64,000 nt of DNA from an uncultured Nitrospiraceae bacterium (GCA_963811165.1 CAWEQH010000010.1:768001-832000); one strand, 5' to 3'; numbered from the stretch's first letter, positions 21,147 through 30,744 are shown. Made by a program: numbers and translations. Notes: generated by a model from the sequence alone, not told the origin.

Positions 21147-22797
21147 GATAATACTAACCGACTCGGATATGGCCGAATTGAGAGAGGCCTTTTTTCAGCA
21201 GGCAGGGGAGATACTCGATAACCTCAACGGTTATATTATGGCGATCGAGACGAAGCCTGACGAAGACAACTGGAAACCTCTCAAGAGAGCCTTTCATACT
21301 CTTAAAGGGGACTCAAAGGCGATGGGCTTTAACAGTCTCGGCACTTTTGCGCATAAGGTGGAGGACCTGATCGCAGTCTTAAAGGACAGGGAACCCGAAA
21401 AGGGATCCTTCGACCTCCTTCTCAGCTGCGCCGACGCTTTCGGAACTTTTATCGACACAATCGCCGGAGGCAACGAACCGGACATATCGGACATTGTGTC
21501 AAAGATAGATTCACATATACGCGCTCGGGGAACGTGCGCCGGAAAGGCTGAAAAGTCGGTCAGCTTAAAAAATGTGGACAGGGGAGCAGCATTATTAAAA
21601 ATAGAACCCGAACGCGTTGACAAGATAATGAACCTTGTAGGGGAACTGGTCATTGGACGTTCCATGCTGTCGCAGACAACCTCCGAGATCGACACACTTC
21701 GAAGGGAAACCATTGCAGCGCGCCTGTACAACCTTAATTCATCCTTTGAACGTACGCTTTCCGAACTGCAGAAGTCCGTCATGAAAGTGCGGATGCTGCC
21801 GGTCGAAGTTGTTTTCAGGCGCTTCCCCCGAATTGTGAGAGATCTGTCGGCTGAAAAAAGCAAGCGTGTTAGATTAATGACGGAAGGAGAAACTACGGAA
21901 CTCGACAAAAGCATTGTCGATATTATTGGCGAGCCGCTTATGCATATCGTCAGAAACGCTGTCGATCACGGCATAGAGACTCTTGAAGAAAGGGAGTCGG
22001 CCGGAAAACCGCAAGAGGGCCTCATCTGTTTAAAGGCATTCCACCAGGGCAACCAGATCGTTATCGAGGTAAAAGACGACGGTCGCGGGATAGACATAGA
22101 CCTGTTGAAGCAAAGGGCAGTTCAGAAAAATCTCATCAGTGAAGACGATGCAAGCAAAATGGACATCCAGGACGCAATAAATCTTATCTTTCACTCAGGG
22201 CTCTCTACCGTTGCGTGTATCACCGAGATTTCTGGCAGAGGAGTCGGCATGAATATAGTGAAGGACGTTGTCGAATCTCTTCGCGGGGTGATAGAGATTG
22301 CTTCAGAAAAAGGAAGCGGAACAAAATTCACAGTTCGCTTGCCGCTTACTCTTGCAATTATAAAGTCCATTCTTTTTGTTTACAAAGGCAAGAGTTTTGC
22401 CATTCCCCTGACGTCCGTAACAGAGATAAAACGGGTATTCCCTAAAGATCTGGACACGATGGGTGGCAAGCACGTGTTCAGGCACAGAAACAGTATAGTC
22501 CCCTTGATCTCCATAGATGGAGAAGTGATTTGCAGCGAGAAGTCCTTCATAATATTTATCAGTGTCGGTCACATGAGGGCAGGCATTATTGCAGAAAAAA
22601 TAATCGGAGAAGAGGAACTGGTGATCAAGGCCCTTGACGAAAGGGTTTCAACCGGTATTGCATCAGGAGCTTCCATCCTCGGTAACGGCAGTGTGGTATT
22701 GATACTCGATCCCCTTTCTTTGATCAGAAAATACCTGTCCCGGCAGGAAGATGTCACAACAAATAAAGAGGCCTTTTATGTGCCCGGCAGTAGATAG
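21139..22797 (+). CDS. cheA: Chemotaxis histidine kinase CheA (no P2 domain)
   Basis: Hpt RAFHTLKG, dimerisation MNLVGELVI, HIVRNAVDHGIE, DDGRG, ISGRGVGM, C-terminal CheW-like domain. Start at ATG 21139 overlaps the cheR end. Confidence 0.95.
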   Translation: MSEIILTDSDMAELREAFFQQAGEILDNLNGYIMAIETKPDEDNWKPLKRAFHTLKGDSKAMGFNSLGTFAHKVEDLIAVLKDREPEKGSFDLLLSCADAFGTFIDTIAGGNEPDISDIVSKIDSHIRARGTCAGKAEKSVSLKNVDRGAALLKIEPERVDKIMNLVGELVIGRSMLSQTTSEIDTLRRETIAARLYNLNSSFERTLSELQKSVMKVRMLPVEVVFRRFPRIVRDLSAEKSKRVRLMTEGETTELDKSIVDIIGEPLMHIVRNAVDHGIETLEERESAGKPQEGLICLKAFHQGNQIVIEVKDDGRGIDIDLLKQRAVQKNLISEDDASKMDIQDAINLIFHSGLSTVACITEISGRGVGMNIVKDVVESLRGVIEIASEKGSGTKFTVRLPLTLAIIKSILFVYKGKSFAIPLTSVTEIKRVFPKDLDTMGGKHVFRHRNSIVPLISIDGEVICSEKSFIIFISVGHMRAGIIAEKIIGEEELVIKALDERVSTGIASGASILGNGSVVLILDPLSLIRKYLSRQEDVTTNKEAFYVPGSR

Positions 22798-23875
22798 GAT
22801 AAGGGTACTTGTTGTTGACGATTCCGCACTGATGAGGAAAATGATACCAATGATCATCTGCGCCGATGATAGTATTCAGGTAGTCGGGACTGCGATGGAC
22901 GGAGAATTTGCCATAAAAAAAATCGGGGAATTACGGCCGGATGTTATAACGCTCGATGTGGATATGCCGAGGATGGATGGTTTGGCAGCTCTTAAATTGA
23001 TTGTCGGCGATTTCGAAATACCCGTTATCCTTGTCAGTTCACTTACAAAGGAAGGAACCGAGATAACATTGCGGGGGCTTGAGCTCGGGGCCTTTGATTT
23101 CGTTCCAAAACCTCATGACGCGATTTCGGTTCATATCCAGGATATAGCACATGAGCTCATCGAAAAAATAAAAGCGGCGGCCTGTTGCCGCAGACCGAAA
23201 TTCAGGGAGCACCGGACGGTAAAGCCTAAGCAACCGCTGTCGCCGGTTATGCCTTTACGACAGATCTCTGCCGGGACTGTGGTGGCCATAGGGATATCGA
23301 CCGGGGGACCCCAGGCGCTTGCAGAGATATTGCCGCTCCTGCCTGCAGATTTCCCTGCGGGCATTCTCATAGTGCAGCATATGCCGGAAGGGTTTACCGA
23401 TCTTTTTGCCAAACGTCTCGACACCATCTGTAATATAAGAGTCAAGGAGGCCTGTAACGGCGATCTCATCAGCCCGGGCAAGGCCCTTATTGCTCCTGGA
23501 GGAAAACACCTCAAGATGAAGAAAACGACCTTTGGTCTTGTTACTGTTCTCAGTCAGGCCCCCCCCGCATCCGGCCACAGGCCGTCGGCGACCGTCCTCT
23601 TCAACTCTGTAGCTGAAGAACTAGGTAGCGGCGCGATAGGAGTAATAATGACAGGCATGGGCGATGACGGGGTCGAAGGACTTGCGAGGATAAAGGAGAA
23701 TGGAGGTGTGACTATAGCGCAAGACGAGGAGTCATCCGTTATATATGGCATGCCGAAAGTGGCGGCTGAAAAAGGATATGCGGACATGGTTGTCGGGCTG
23801 TACGAAATAGTGCCGAGACTTGTAAGCATAATTGATCTTAGCAGTGTCAAAACCGGGATTTCGTTGATGACATAG
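22778..23875 (+). CDS. cheB: Chemotaxis response regulator methylesterase CheB
   Basis: Receiver (VVDDS, TLDVDMP) plus esterase triad motifs GISTGGP, VQHMP, MTGMGDDG. Confidence 0.95.
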   Translation: MCPAVDRIRVLVVDDSALMRKMIPMIICADDSIQVVGTAMDGEFAIKKIGELRPDVITLDVDMPRMDGLAALKLIVGDFEIPVILVSSLTKEGTEITLRGLELGAFDFVPKPHDAISVHIQDIAHELIEKIKAAACCRRPKFREHRTVKPKQPLSPVMPLRQISAGTVVAIGISTGGPQALAEILPLLPADFPAGILIVQHMPEGFTDLFAKRLDTICNIRVKEACNGDLISPGKALIAPGGKHLKMKKTTFGLVTVLSQAPPASGHRPSATVLFNSVAEELGSGAIGVIMTGMGDDGVEGLARIKENGGVTIAQDEESSVIYGMPKVAAEKGYADMVVGLYEIVPRLVSIIDLSSVKTGISLMT

Positions 23876-23903
23876 AGGTCCCGCTCTTTTCAGGAGGACG
23901 ATT

Positions 23904-24269
23904 ATGGCAAGATTTATGATAGTGGATGATTCCCTGTTTCAGAGAAAAAACCTTTGCAAGTTTATAAAACAGCTGGGGGCGGAGGTGGTCGGCGAAGCGT
24001 CAAACGGCAGGGAAGCGATAGCCCTGTACCAAACTCTGAACCCGGACGTTGTATTCATGGACCTTGTGATGCCGGAAATGGAAGGAATTGACGCTGTAGA
24101 GAGGTTGCTTGAGATCGACAGAGATGCAAAAATAATCGTAGTGAGTTCTCTCGGCTACAGTGAGATCGTCGACAAGGCCCTGTCACTCGGCGCCAAGCAA
24201 TTCATCACAAAACCAATCAGTTTTGCAGAGACAGCTGATATGGTTAGGGCTGTGCTGGAGGAAAAATGA
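23904..24269 (+). CDS. cheY: Single-domain response regulator (CheY-like)
   Basis: IVDDS, FMDLVMP, ITKP. Lies within the che operon. Confidence 0.85.
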   Translation: MARFMIVDDSLFQRKNLCKFIKQLGAEVVGEASNGREAIALYQTLNPDVVFMDLVMPEMEGIDAVERLLEIDRDAKIIVVSSLGYSEIVDKALSLGAKQFITKPISFAETADMVRAVLEEK

Positions 24270-24634
24270 AAAAGATACTTTTTGTCGACGATTCATCGAT
24301 TATGCGGCTTTTCGCAAGGATGTCCACCAAGGGCATCCAGGGGGTGATGATAACAGAGGCGCGGGACGGGCTGGATGCTGTCGAAATGATTAGAAAAGAA
24401 ATATTCGATCTGATAATAACGGACATCAATATGCCAAAGATGGACGGCCTGCAGCTGATACAGCATGTCAGGATGATGGGACTGAGAATTCCCATAATAA
24501 TCCTTACTACCCTCGGAGAGGAGAAGGACCTGACAAGGGGAATGGATCTCGGCGCCAACGATTACGTGACCAAGCCGATATCAACACATAAATTGACGAA
24601 GATCATCTCAAATTTTATGAATGCCCCGGCCTGA
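24266..24634 (+). CDS. cheY: Single-domain response regulator (CheY-like)
   Basis: FVDDS, ITDINMPKMDG, YVTKP. ATGA overlap with the previous gene. Confidence 0.85.
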   Translation: MKKILFVDDSSIMRLFARMSTKGIQGVMITEARDGLDAVEMIRKEIFDLIITDINMPKMDGLQLIQHVRMMGLRIPIIILTTLGEEKDLTRGMDLGANDYVTKPISTHKLTKIISNFMNAPA

Positions 24635-24670
24635 TCGGTTGGTCCTGAAGATGAAGGGAGGCCCTCGATT

Positions 24671-26740
24671 ATGAAAAAAGAAGTTGTCGATAACTTTCTC
24701 TCGCACAATGATCTTCGGAGATATATCACCACATTCGAAACTTCCTTTGACGGCATCGCTATTATTAACAGGGACAGGAGAATACTGTATTCAAACTGTG
24801 CCAATGCTAGGGCTTATGGATACGCCAGCAAATTTGAACTTATAGGTAAGAGATGGCAGATGCTTTGTGACGATAATGAGATGAAGAGGTTCGAAGATTA
24901 CATTATCCCTCTGGCATGGAAAAATGGACGATGGCGCGGTGAATCTGTCGGCAAGAGAAGGGATGGGACCAGGTTCCACCATGAGGTCTCTCTAACCGTG
25001 ATTGAAGGGGGAAAGATAGTAATCGTCGTCAGGGATCTTACGGAATACAAGAAGACGAGGGATGAGCTATTTTCGCTGAAAAAGGCGGTCGAAAACATGC
25101 AGATAGGGGTCACAATCACAGATCTGCACAGGAAGATTCTTTATGCCAACCCCAGCGAAGCGGAAATGCACGGCTACAGCGTTGAAGAACTGATAGGAAA
25201 AGATGTTCGGGTCTTTGCTCCACCGGACCGGTGGAAGCCCCTGAAGTTGGACGGATTGACGAGACACTTTACAAGGGAGAGCGTCAACATCAGGAAAGAC
25301 GGAAGTCTTTTTTCTGTGCAGCTTATGTCCGATTTTGTGACCGACTCCGAAGGGCAGATAATAAATATTGTTACGACATGCGAAGACATAACGAAACGCA
25401 AGATGTCCGAGGAGACGATAAAACATAAGGCTTACTACGACGACCTGACTGACCTTCCCAATCGCCTGTTATTCAGTGAATGTCTGGAGCAGGCCCTTTC
25501 GGAGGCAAAGAGAAAAAACAAACTGGTAGCCGTAATGCTCTTTGATCTCGACCGCTTCAATGCCATTAACGATTCGATTGACCACGATGCCGGAGACCTC
25601 CTCATATATTATGTGGCTCAGAGACTTCGGTGTTGCGTGCGCAACAAGGACACTGTCTCGAGGCTCGGCGGAGATGAATTTCTCATAATGTTGCCGGATC
25701 TAAACACTGTTCAGGAGGCGGTAATTGTTGCCAAAAAAATTCTGGGCGTAATATCTCAGGTCTTTATGCTGGACCCCCATGAACTGCATGTCACTGCGAG
25801 CATAGGCATTAGTATTTATCCCACCGACGGAGACAAAGTTTCGACGCTGATAAAAAATGCCGACACAGCGATGTATTACGTCAAATCGCAGGGGAGGAAC
25901 AATTACTTTTTTTATACTCCACCGATGAACTCAAAAAAACTGGAGCATCTGACAATGGAAAACGACCTGCACGATGCTCTGAAACGGAAAGAGCTGCGGC
26001 TTCACTATCAGCCGCAATACGACCTTAATACAGGCAGAATCGTTGGCGTAGAAGCCCTGATGCGGTGGCAGCATTCCATCCGAGGGCTGATCTCTCCCAA
26101 AGAGTTTATACCCCTTGCGGAAGAAACGGGGCTCATTGTATCGATCGGCAGTTGGCTGTTACATAATGCTTGCGAACAGCTCGTGACTTGGCGAAAGGAA
26201 GGTTGCTGTTTGCAACGTGTTGCGATCAATCTATCGATGCGTCAGTTCAAATTAACGAACTTGGCTGAAACCATCGGCAAGACGCTAAAGAAAATGGGTC
26301 TTGATCCTAATTCGCTGGAATTGGAACTTACAGAAAGTATAATAATGCAAGACCCTGAGATTACTGTAGCAAGCTTGCGGGAATTGAGTTCAATGGGTCT
26401 CTACCTTTCCATCGATGATTTCGGCACAGGATATTCATCCTTAAATTATCTAAAGTACCTTCCCATAAACAAGCTTAAGATTGCTCCCAATTTTGCGGCG
26501 GGGATCGGAGAAGATCCAAACGATGAGGCCATTTGCAAAGCGATTATAACGCTGGCGCACAGCCTAGACCTCAAGGTGATTGCCGAAGGAGTGGAAACTA
26601 CGGAACAACTTGAGTTTTTGCGTTTACATAAATGCGATGAAGTGCAGGGTTATCTTTTTAGCGAGCCGCTACCGGCGGAAGAGATTTACCAATTACTTGC
26701 CGGAGAGAACTGCGAGGGGACGCATGCGCGACAAACATGA
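24671..26740 (+). CDS. PAS-PAS-GGDEF-EAL diguanylate cyclase/phosphodiesterase
   Basis: Two PAS domains, then DLTDLPNR, RLGGDEF, VEALMRW, IDDFGTGYSSL, IAEGVE, VQGY. The catalytic motifs look intact. Confidence 0.95.
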   Translation: MKKEVVDNFLSHNDLRRYITTFETSFDGIAIINRDRRILYSNCANARAYGYASKFELIGKRWQMLCDDNEMKRFEDYIIPLAWKNGRWRGESVGKRRDGTRFHHEVSLTVIEGGKIVIVVRDLTEYKKTRDELFSLKKAVENMQIGVTITDLHRKILYANPSEAEMHGYSVEELIGKDVRVFAPPDRWKPLKLDGLTRHFTRESVNIRKDGSLFSVQLMSDFVTDSEGQIINIVTTCEDITKRKMSEETIKHKAYYDDLTDLPNRLLFSECLEQALSEAKRKNKLVAVMLFDLDRFNAINDSIDHDAGDLLIYYVAQRLRCCVRNKDTVSRLGGDEFLIMLPDLNTVQEAVIVAKKILGVISQVFMLDPHELHVTASIGISIYPTDGDKVSTLIKNADTAMYYVKSQGRNNYFFYTPPMNSKKLEHLTMENDLHDALKRKELRLHYQPQYDLNTGRIVGVEALMRWQHSIRGLISPKEFIPLAEETGLIVSIGSWLLHNACEQLVTWRKEGCCLQRVAINLSMRQFKLTNLAETIGKTLKKMGLDPNSLELELTESIIMQDPEITVASLRELSSMGLYLSIDDFGTGYSSLNYLKYLPINKLKIAPNFAAGIGEDPNDEAICKAIITLAHSLDLKVIAEGVETTEQLEFLRLHKCDEVQGYLFSEPLPAEEIYQLLAGENCEGTHARQT

Positions 26741-26826
26741 CGATCCGTTATTTGTTCCATGGCGGAGAGAGACAACGCAAATCCCGCACATTCCGGCACT
26801 TCTTGCGTTGATGGGGGAGGATTGCT

Positions 26827-26973
26827 ATGGGTGACAAAAGAATCGAAAAGCAGGACCTGATCGAGGAACCGGAGAGATCGCAGACGCGCATAGAGAAGTT
26901 TGATAAGAACCGGATCACCGTAGCAAAATATGTCCGGGAAGGCATTGTCTCAACCCGGAAATTAGTATCTTAA
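26827..26973 (+). CDS. 48-aa ORF in frame with the downstream PAS gene (separate peptide or detached N-terminus)
   Basis: Strong SD GGGGAGG. Reads MGDKRIEKQDLIEEPERSQTRIEKFDKNRITVAKYVREGIVSTRKLVS*, followed by TAA CCC ATG in the same frame as 26977. Confidence 0.4.
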   Translation: MGDKRIEKQDLIEEPERSQTRIEKFDKNRITVAKYVREGIVSTRKLVS

Positions 26974-26976
26974 CCC

Positions 26977-28764
26977 ATGTTGCCAAACTTGGGAGATAAG
27001 GATAAGTCAAAAAAGGAAGGCCTAGGGGAATTGACAGAAGCTCATAATGCTGACCCGGAATACAACAAAATTATTCAGACTTCCATGGATGGCTTTTGGA
27101 TTAATGATATCCATGGACGGTTCCTGGATGTAAATGATGCATATTGTGATTTAGTAGGTTACGGTCGTGAGGAGCTGCTGAATATGCATATCGCCGATAT
27201 CGAGGTGGTTGAAAAGCCGGGGGAGACAGCGGCACGCATCCAAAAGATAATGGAGATTGGCTCGGACCGTTTTGTAACACGTCACCGGTGCAAGGACGGC
27301 AAAGTTGTTGATATCGAGATCAGTGTTAACTATATGAAGGGCGCCAGTGGAAGTTTTTTTGCGTTTATCAGGGACATCACCGATCGTCTGCGGATTGAGA
27401 ATGAACTGTTATTGAAAGAGGAATCTTTCCGGACTATCATGGAAAACTCGCCGTCCTGAATAATGCTGTTTGACAGGCAAGGTCATTGCCTGACCTCGAA
27501 CAGACCCGGACTTATGATGATGAGAGTCTCAGATCACGAAATAATAGGGAGAGAATTCAGGGATATTTGGCCCGAGGAAATTCGGCCAACAGTCGCTGCC
27601 TGTGTAAGGAAGGTCTTGAAAGGGGAACGTTGCACATTTGATGCTTACAGGATGAATGGGCCCGAGAAGGGATGGTGGAGCGTATCACTGAACCCATTTT
27701 TTGATGATAGTGGAAGTGTTTATGGGTTTGTTGCCATGAGCACCGATATCACAGAGCGCATACAGGTGGAAGAAGCCTTACGGCAATCTGAACAGAGGTT
27801 CAAAGGTGTTGTCAACAATATAGCCATAGGGATAGCTGTCATAAGCCCGGAGATGGAAATATTATCCTTGAACCGTCAGATGAAGAGATGGTTCCCGGGA
27901 ACTAATGTCTTAGATAGACCTGTATGCTTTAGGACATTTAATTCCCCGCCGAGAGAAACGATTTGTCCTTATTGCATAACGTATTTAACTCTGAAAGACG
28001 GCCAGGTGCATGAGACAATAACAGACACGCCGGCTGGCAATAAAATAATAAATTACAGAGTGCTTTCTTCCCCCATACTAAATAAAGAGGGAAGAGTTAT
28101 TGCTGCAATTGAGATGGTTGAAGATGTAACGGAGCTCAAGCATGCAGAACAAGCCATAAAAGAATCGGAAAACAAATTCAGGGACCTTTCGGAAAAATCG
28201 TTAGTCGGCATTTACCTAATACAAGATGATATCTTCAAGTATGTTAACCCTATGATGGCCGAGATTTTTGGTTATAGAGTTGATGAGTTGATAGATAAGA
28301 AAGGACCTGCTGATTTGACCTTGCCGGAAGATTGGTCCAAAGTAATCGAAAATATTAGGGCACGACAGACAGGAGAACTCAAATCTGTTCATTATGAATT
28401 TAGAGGCCAGAAAAAAAATAACGAAATTCTATTCATAGAGGCCTATGGATCGAGGACGACGTATAATGGACGGCCTGCTGTGATAGGGACCTTATTGGAC
28501 ATTACGAAGCGCAAAAAAGATATGGCGGAGCGTGAAAGGCTTCTCGGAGAACTTCAAGAAGCGGCTGTTACAATCAAGACACTTCAGGGAATATTACCCA
28601 TATGTTCTTCGTGCAAGAAGATACGGGACGACAACGGCTATTGGAGTCAGATGGAGAAATACATCACCGAACATTCATCAGCAGAGTTCAGCCATAGCAT
28701 TTGCCCCGATTGTGCAAAGAAAATATATCCTGACTATTATGATAAATTATTTGGGGGTGATTAA
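26977..28764 (+). CDS. Four-PAS sensory protein with C-terminal LPICxxCKKIRDD..SHSICPxC domain; in-frame TGA at 27457-27459 (candidate selenocysteine, U161; alternatively pseudogene)
   Basis: ORFs 26977-27459 and 27463-28764 share a frame and the TGA falls inside a PAS N-terminus (FRTIMENSPS*IMLFDRQG). A SECIS-like hairpin follows. Confidence 0.75.
27466..27503 (+). promoter_or_regulatory. Putative bacterial SECIS element (PAS protein)
   Basis: Lower stem CTGTTTGA/TCGAACAG (8 bp, one G-U), 3' bulge ACC, upper stem CAGGCAA/TTGCCTG, loop GGTCA preceded by a 21-nt spacer from the UGA. Confidence 0.6.
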
Positions 28765-28850
28765 AAGGATCACGCATGAGCATTGTCACTAGAAAGAAGG
28801 CTGGCCAAGTATGAAGATTTGACCACAAACGGAACATAAGGAGGACAATT

Positions 28851-29162
28851 ATGAAAAAAACGAAGCTTAACTGTTGGGACTTTATGAAATGTGGACGACA
28901 GCCTGGAGGGCAGCATGTCTCTGATTTAGGTATCTGCCCGGCGACGCTGGAAAAGCGCTTAGATAGTGTTCATGAGGGCCTTAATGCGGGCAGGAGCTGC
29001 TGGGTTCTTACTGGTACACTCTGCAAAGGGGAAGTGCAGGGAACTTTTGCCAAGAAATTCAAGAACTGCCAGATATGCGATTTTTACCAGACGGTGAAAA
29101 ATGAAGAATCTTATAACTTCCAGCTATCGGCCGTGCTCATGAAAAAAATAGCGGATAAGTAG
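28851..29162 (+). CDS. Two-CW domain Cys-rich protein
   Basis: NCWDFMKC..GICPA..GRSCWVLTGTLC..CQICDFY pattern. AGGAGG SD. Confidence 0.8.
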   Translation: MKKTKLNCWDFMKCGRQPGGQHVSDLGICPATLEKRLDSVHEGLNAGRSCWVLTGTLCKGEVQGTFAKKFKNCQICDFYQTVKNEESYNFQLSAVLMKKIADK

Positions 29163-29418
29163 AAAATTCGGAAATCGCCATCAATATGCAAACTATTTTA
29201 AGTTTTTAGCCAGGGGGTCAATATGTCAGTTGTTGGTGAAGAGTCCTCAATCGTGCCTTCAATGGTATGGACAGGCCGAAATTGAAGAAATTAATTCGCG
29301 TCTAAAAATAATGAGCATGATTAACTGACAGAAATTAGTCTCTGAGCAAAGTACTGTGAGAACCTAACGTCACCTGGACGCACCTGTTTTTAAAGACTTG
29401 TTGAGTAACGCGAGCGTT

Positions 29419-29622
29419 TCATTTGTCTTTTTTGAGGAGCCGGAATGTCTCCTGATATATCCTCTCCCGGGGACCGACCGCCACGATTTCAACGATATTC
29501 TTCCTGACGCGGTAAGTGATCCTGAAACGCGTCACGCGGAAGCTCCTGAGGCCCGCAAGCTCGTCTTTCAGCTCTTTCCCGGCATGCGGAGCATCCAGAA
29601 TAAGCCTTATGGACGCCGGTAC
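29419..29622 (-). pseudogene. RelE/ParE-type toxin remnant lacking its N-terminus
   Basis: ..ILDAPHAGKELKDELAGLRSFRVTRFRITYRV..VEIVAVGPRERIY matches the RelE C-terminal pattern. The 5' part runs into the hrcA promoter. No antitoxin seen. Confidence 0.7.
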
Positions 29623-29643
29623 ATCACTCCCGGCATGCCTCAC

Positions 29644-29673
29644 TTGACACCCATTACCCATAACTGTTAGATT
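29644..29673 (+). promoter_or_regulatory. Sigma70-type promoter of the hrcA operon
   Basis: TTGACA 29644-29649 and TG-n-TAGATT 29665-29673, immediately before CIRCE. Confidence 0.65.
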
Positions 29674-29674
29674 A

Positions 29675-29701
29675 TTAGCACTCGATGATGGAGAGTGCTA
29701 A
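29675..29701. promoter_or_regulatory. CIRCE element (HrcA operator)
   Basis: Perfect TTAGCACTC-N9-GAGTGCTAA ending 3 nt before the hrcA ATG. Confidence 0.97.
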
Positions 29702-29704
29702 GGC

Positions 29705-30727
29705 ATGTTAGATGAACGAAATAAACGGGTTTTATTCGCGGTAATTCAGTGTTATATCAACACCCCCGGCCCTGTCGGCTCAAGGGTAGTTACGAAGAAA
29801 TACTCTTTCGGCCTTTCACCGGCGACCATCCGAAACATCATGTCCGACCTGGAAGAGATGGGGTACCTCCGTCAGCCCCATACGTCGGCAGGAAGGGTCC
29901 CCACCGACGTGGGATACCGATACTATGTAGACGCGATCAACAGGGAAGAACGGCATGTCGATGGGGACTTCGCCTTAGAGCTCGCACGGAAACTCGAAAT
30001 GCTCAAAAAAGACATTAACGCCTTTCTTGACGAGGCGGCAAAGATGCTGTCTTCGTTGTCGCACTATGTAGGGATAACCATGTCGCCTAATTCGAGTACC
30101 GCAATGCTCACCAGGATCGAGCTGATCAAGTACCGCGACAGCCGTGTGGCAGTCGTTATATTTACCGATGAAGGGCTTGTCAGAAACGCGGTCATCCGGA
30201 TGGACACAGACTTTTCCCAGAGAGACCTCAACAGGATCGCCTCCTATATAAATTCTCAATTTTCAGGACTTACGCTCGAAGAGATAAGGAAGGTCGTCGT
30301 GAAGGAACTGGCAAGGGAGAAGGTGCTCTGCGACAACCTTATCTCCGAGGCGATGAGGATATGCGACGCTGTTTTTTCTTCTGCACCCGGCAATATTTAC
30401 ATCTCCGGCCTTTCCGAGGTCCTCGCCCTTCCCGATTTCTGCGATGTCGACAGGATAAAAGAGCTTCTAAAGACCATCGAAGACAAACATATCATCGTCA
30501 CACTCCTCGACAAGATTGCGGATGCTGAAGGGCCACAGGTCTTCATAGGTTCGGAAAACCCTCTTGCCGAGATGAAGAAGTTCAGTCTTGTGGCGGCGAC
30601 TTACAAAGAGGGCAAGAGACCTATAGGCGCGGTAGGAATAATAGGTCCCACCAGGATGGACTATGCGCAGGCGATCTCGATCGTCGATTTGACAGCTAAA
30701 TATATCACCCGGATGCTGTCTTTATAG
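29705..30727 (+). CDS. hrcA: Heat-inducible transcription repressor HrcA
   Basis: PVGS, SPATIRNIMSDLE, QPHTSAGRVPT, IGPTRMDY. Confidence 0.97.
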   Translation: MLDERNKRVLFAVIQCYINTPGPVGSRVVTKKYSFGLSPATIRNIMSDLEEMGYLRQPHTSAGRVPTDVGYRYYVDAINREERHVDGDFALELARKLEMLKKDINAFLDEAAKMLSSLSHYVGITMSPNSSTAMLTRIELIKYRDSRVAVVIFTDEGLVRNAVIRMDTDFSQRDLNRIASYINSQFSGLTLEEIRKVVVKELAREKVLCDNLISEAMRICDAVFSSAPGNIYISGLSEVLALPDFCDVDRIKELLKTIEDKHIIVTLLDKIADAEGPQVFIGSENPLAEMKKFSLVAATYKEGKRPIGAVGIIGPTRMDYAQAISIVDLTAKYITRMLSL

Positions 30728-30744
30728 ATAGGGGGACACAATAG

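Noticed and set aside
24632..24673. The second cheY TGA is in frame with the GGDEF-EAL gene (12 open codons), suggesting read-through
   Set aside because: The receiver domain is complete, the downstream gene has its own GGGAGG SD, no Cys-type motif is present, and no hairpin matches the +15/+22 geometry.
27480..27496. Alternative hairpin AGGTCA/TGACCT competing with the putative SECIS
   Set aside because: Only 6 bp against ~15 bp for the extended fold, so judged minor. Folding energies were not computed.
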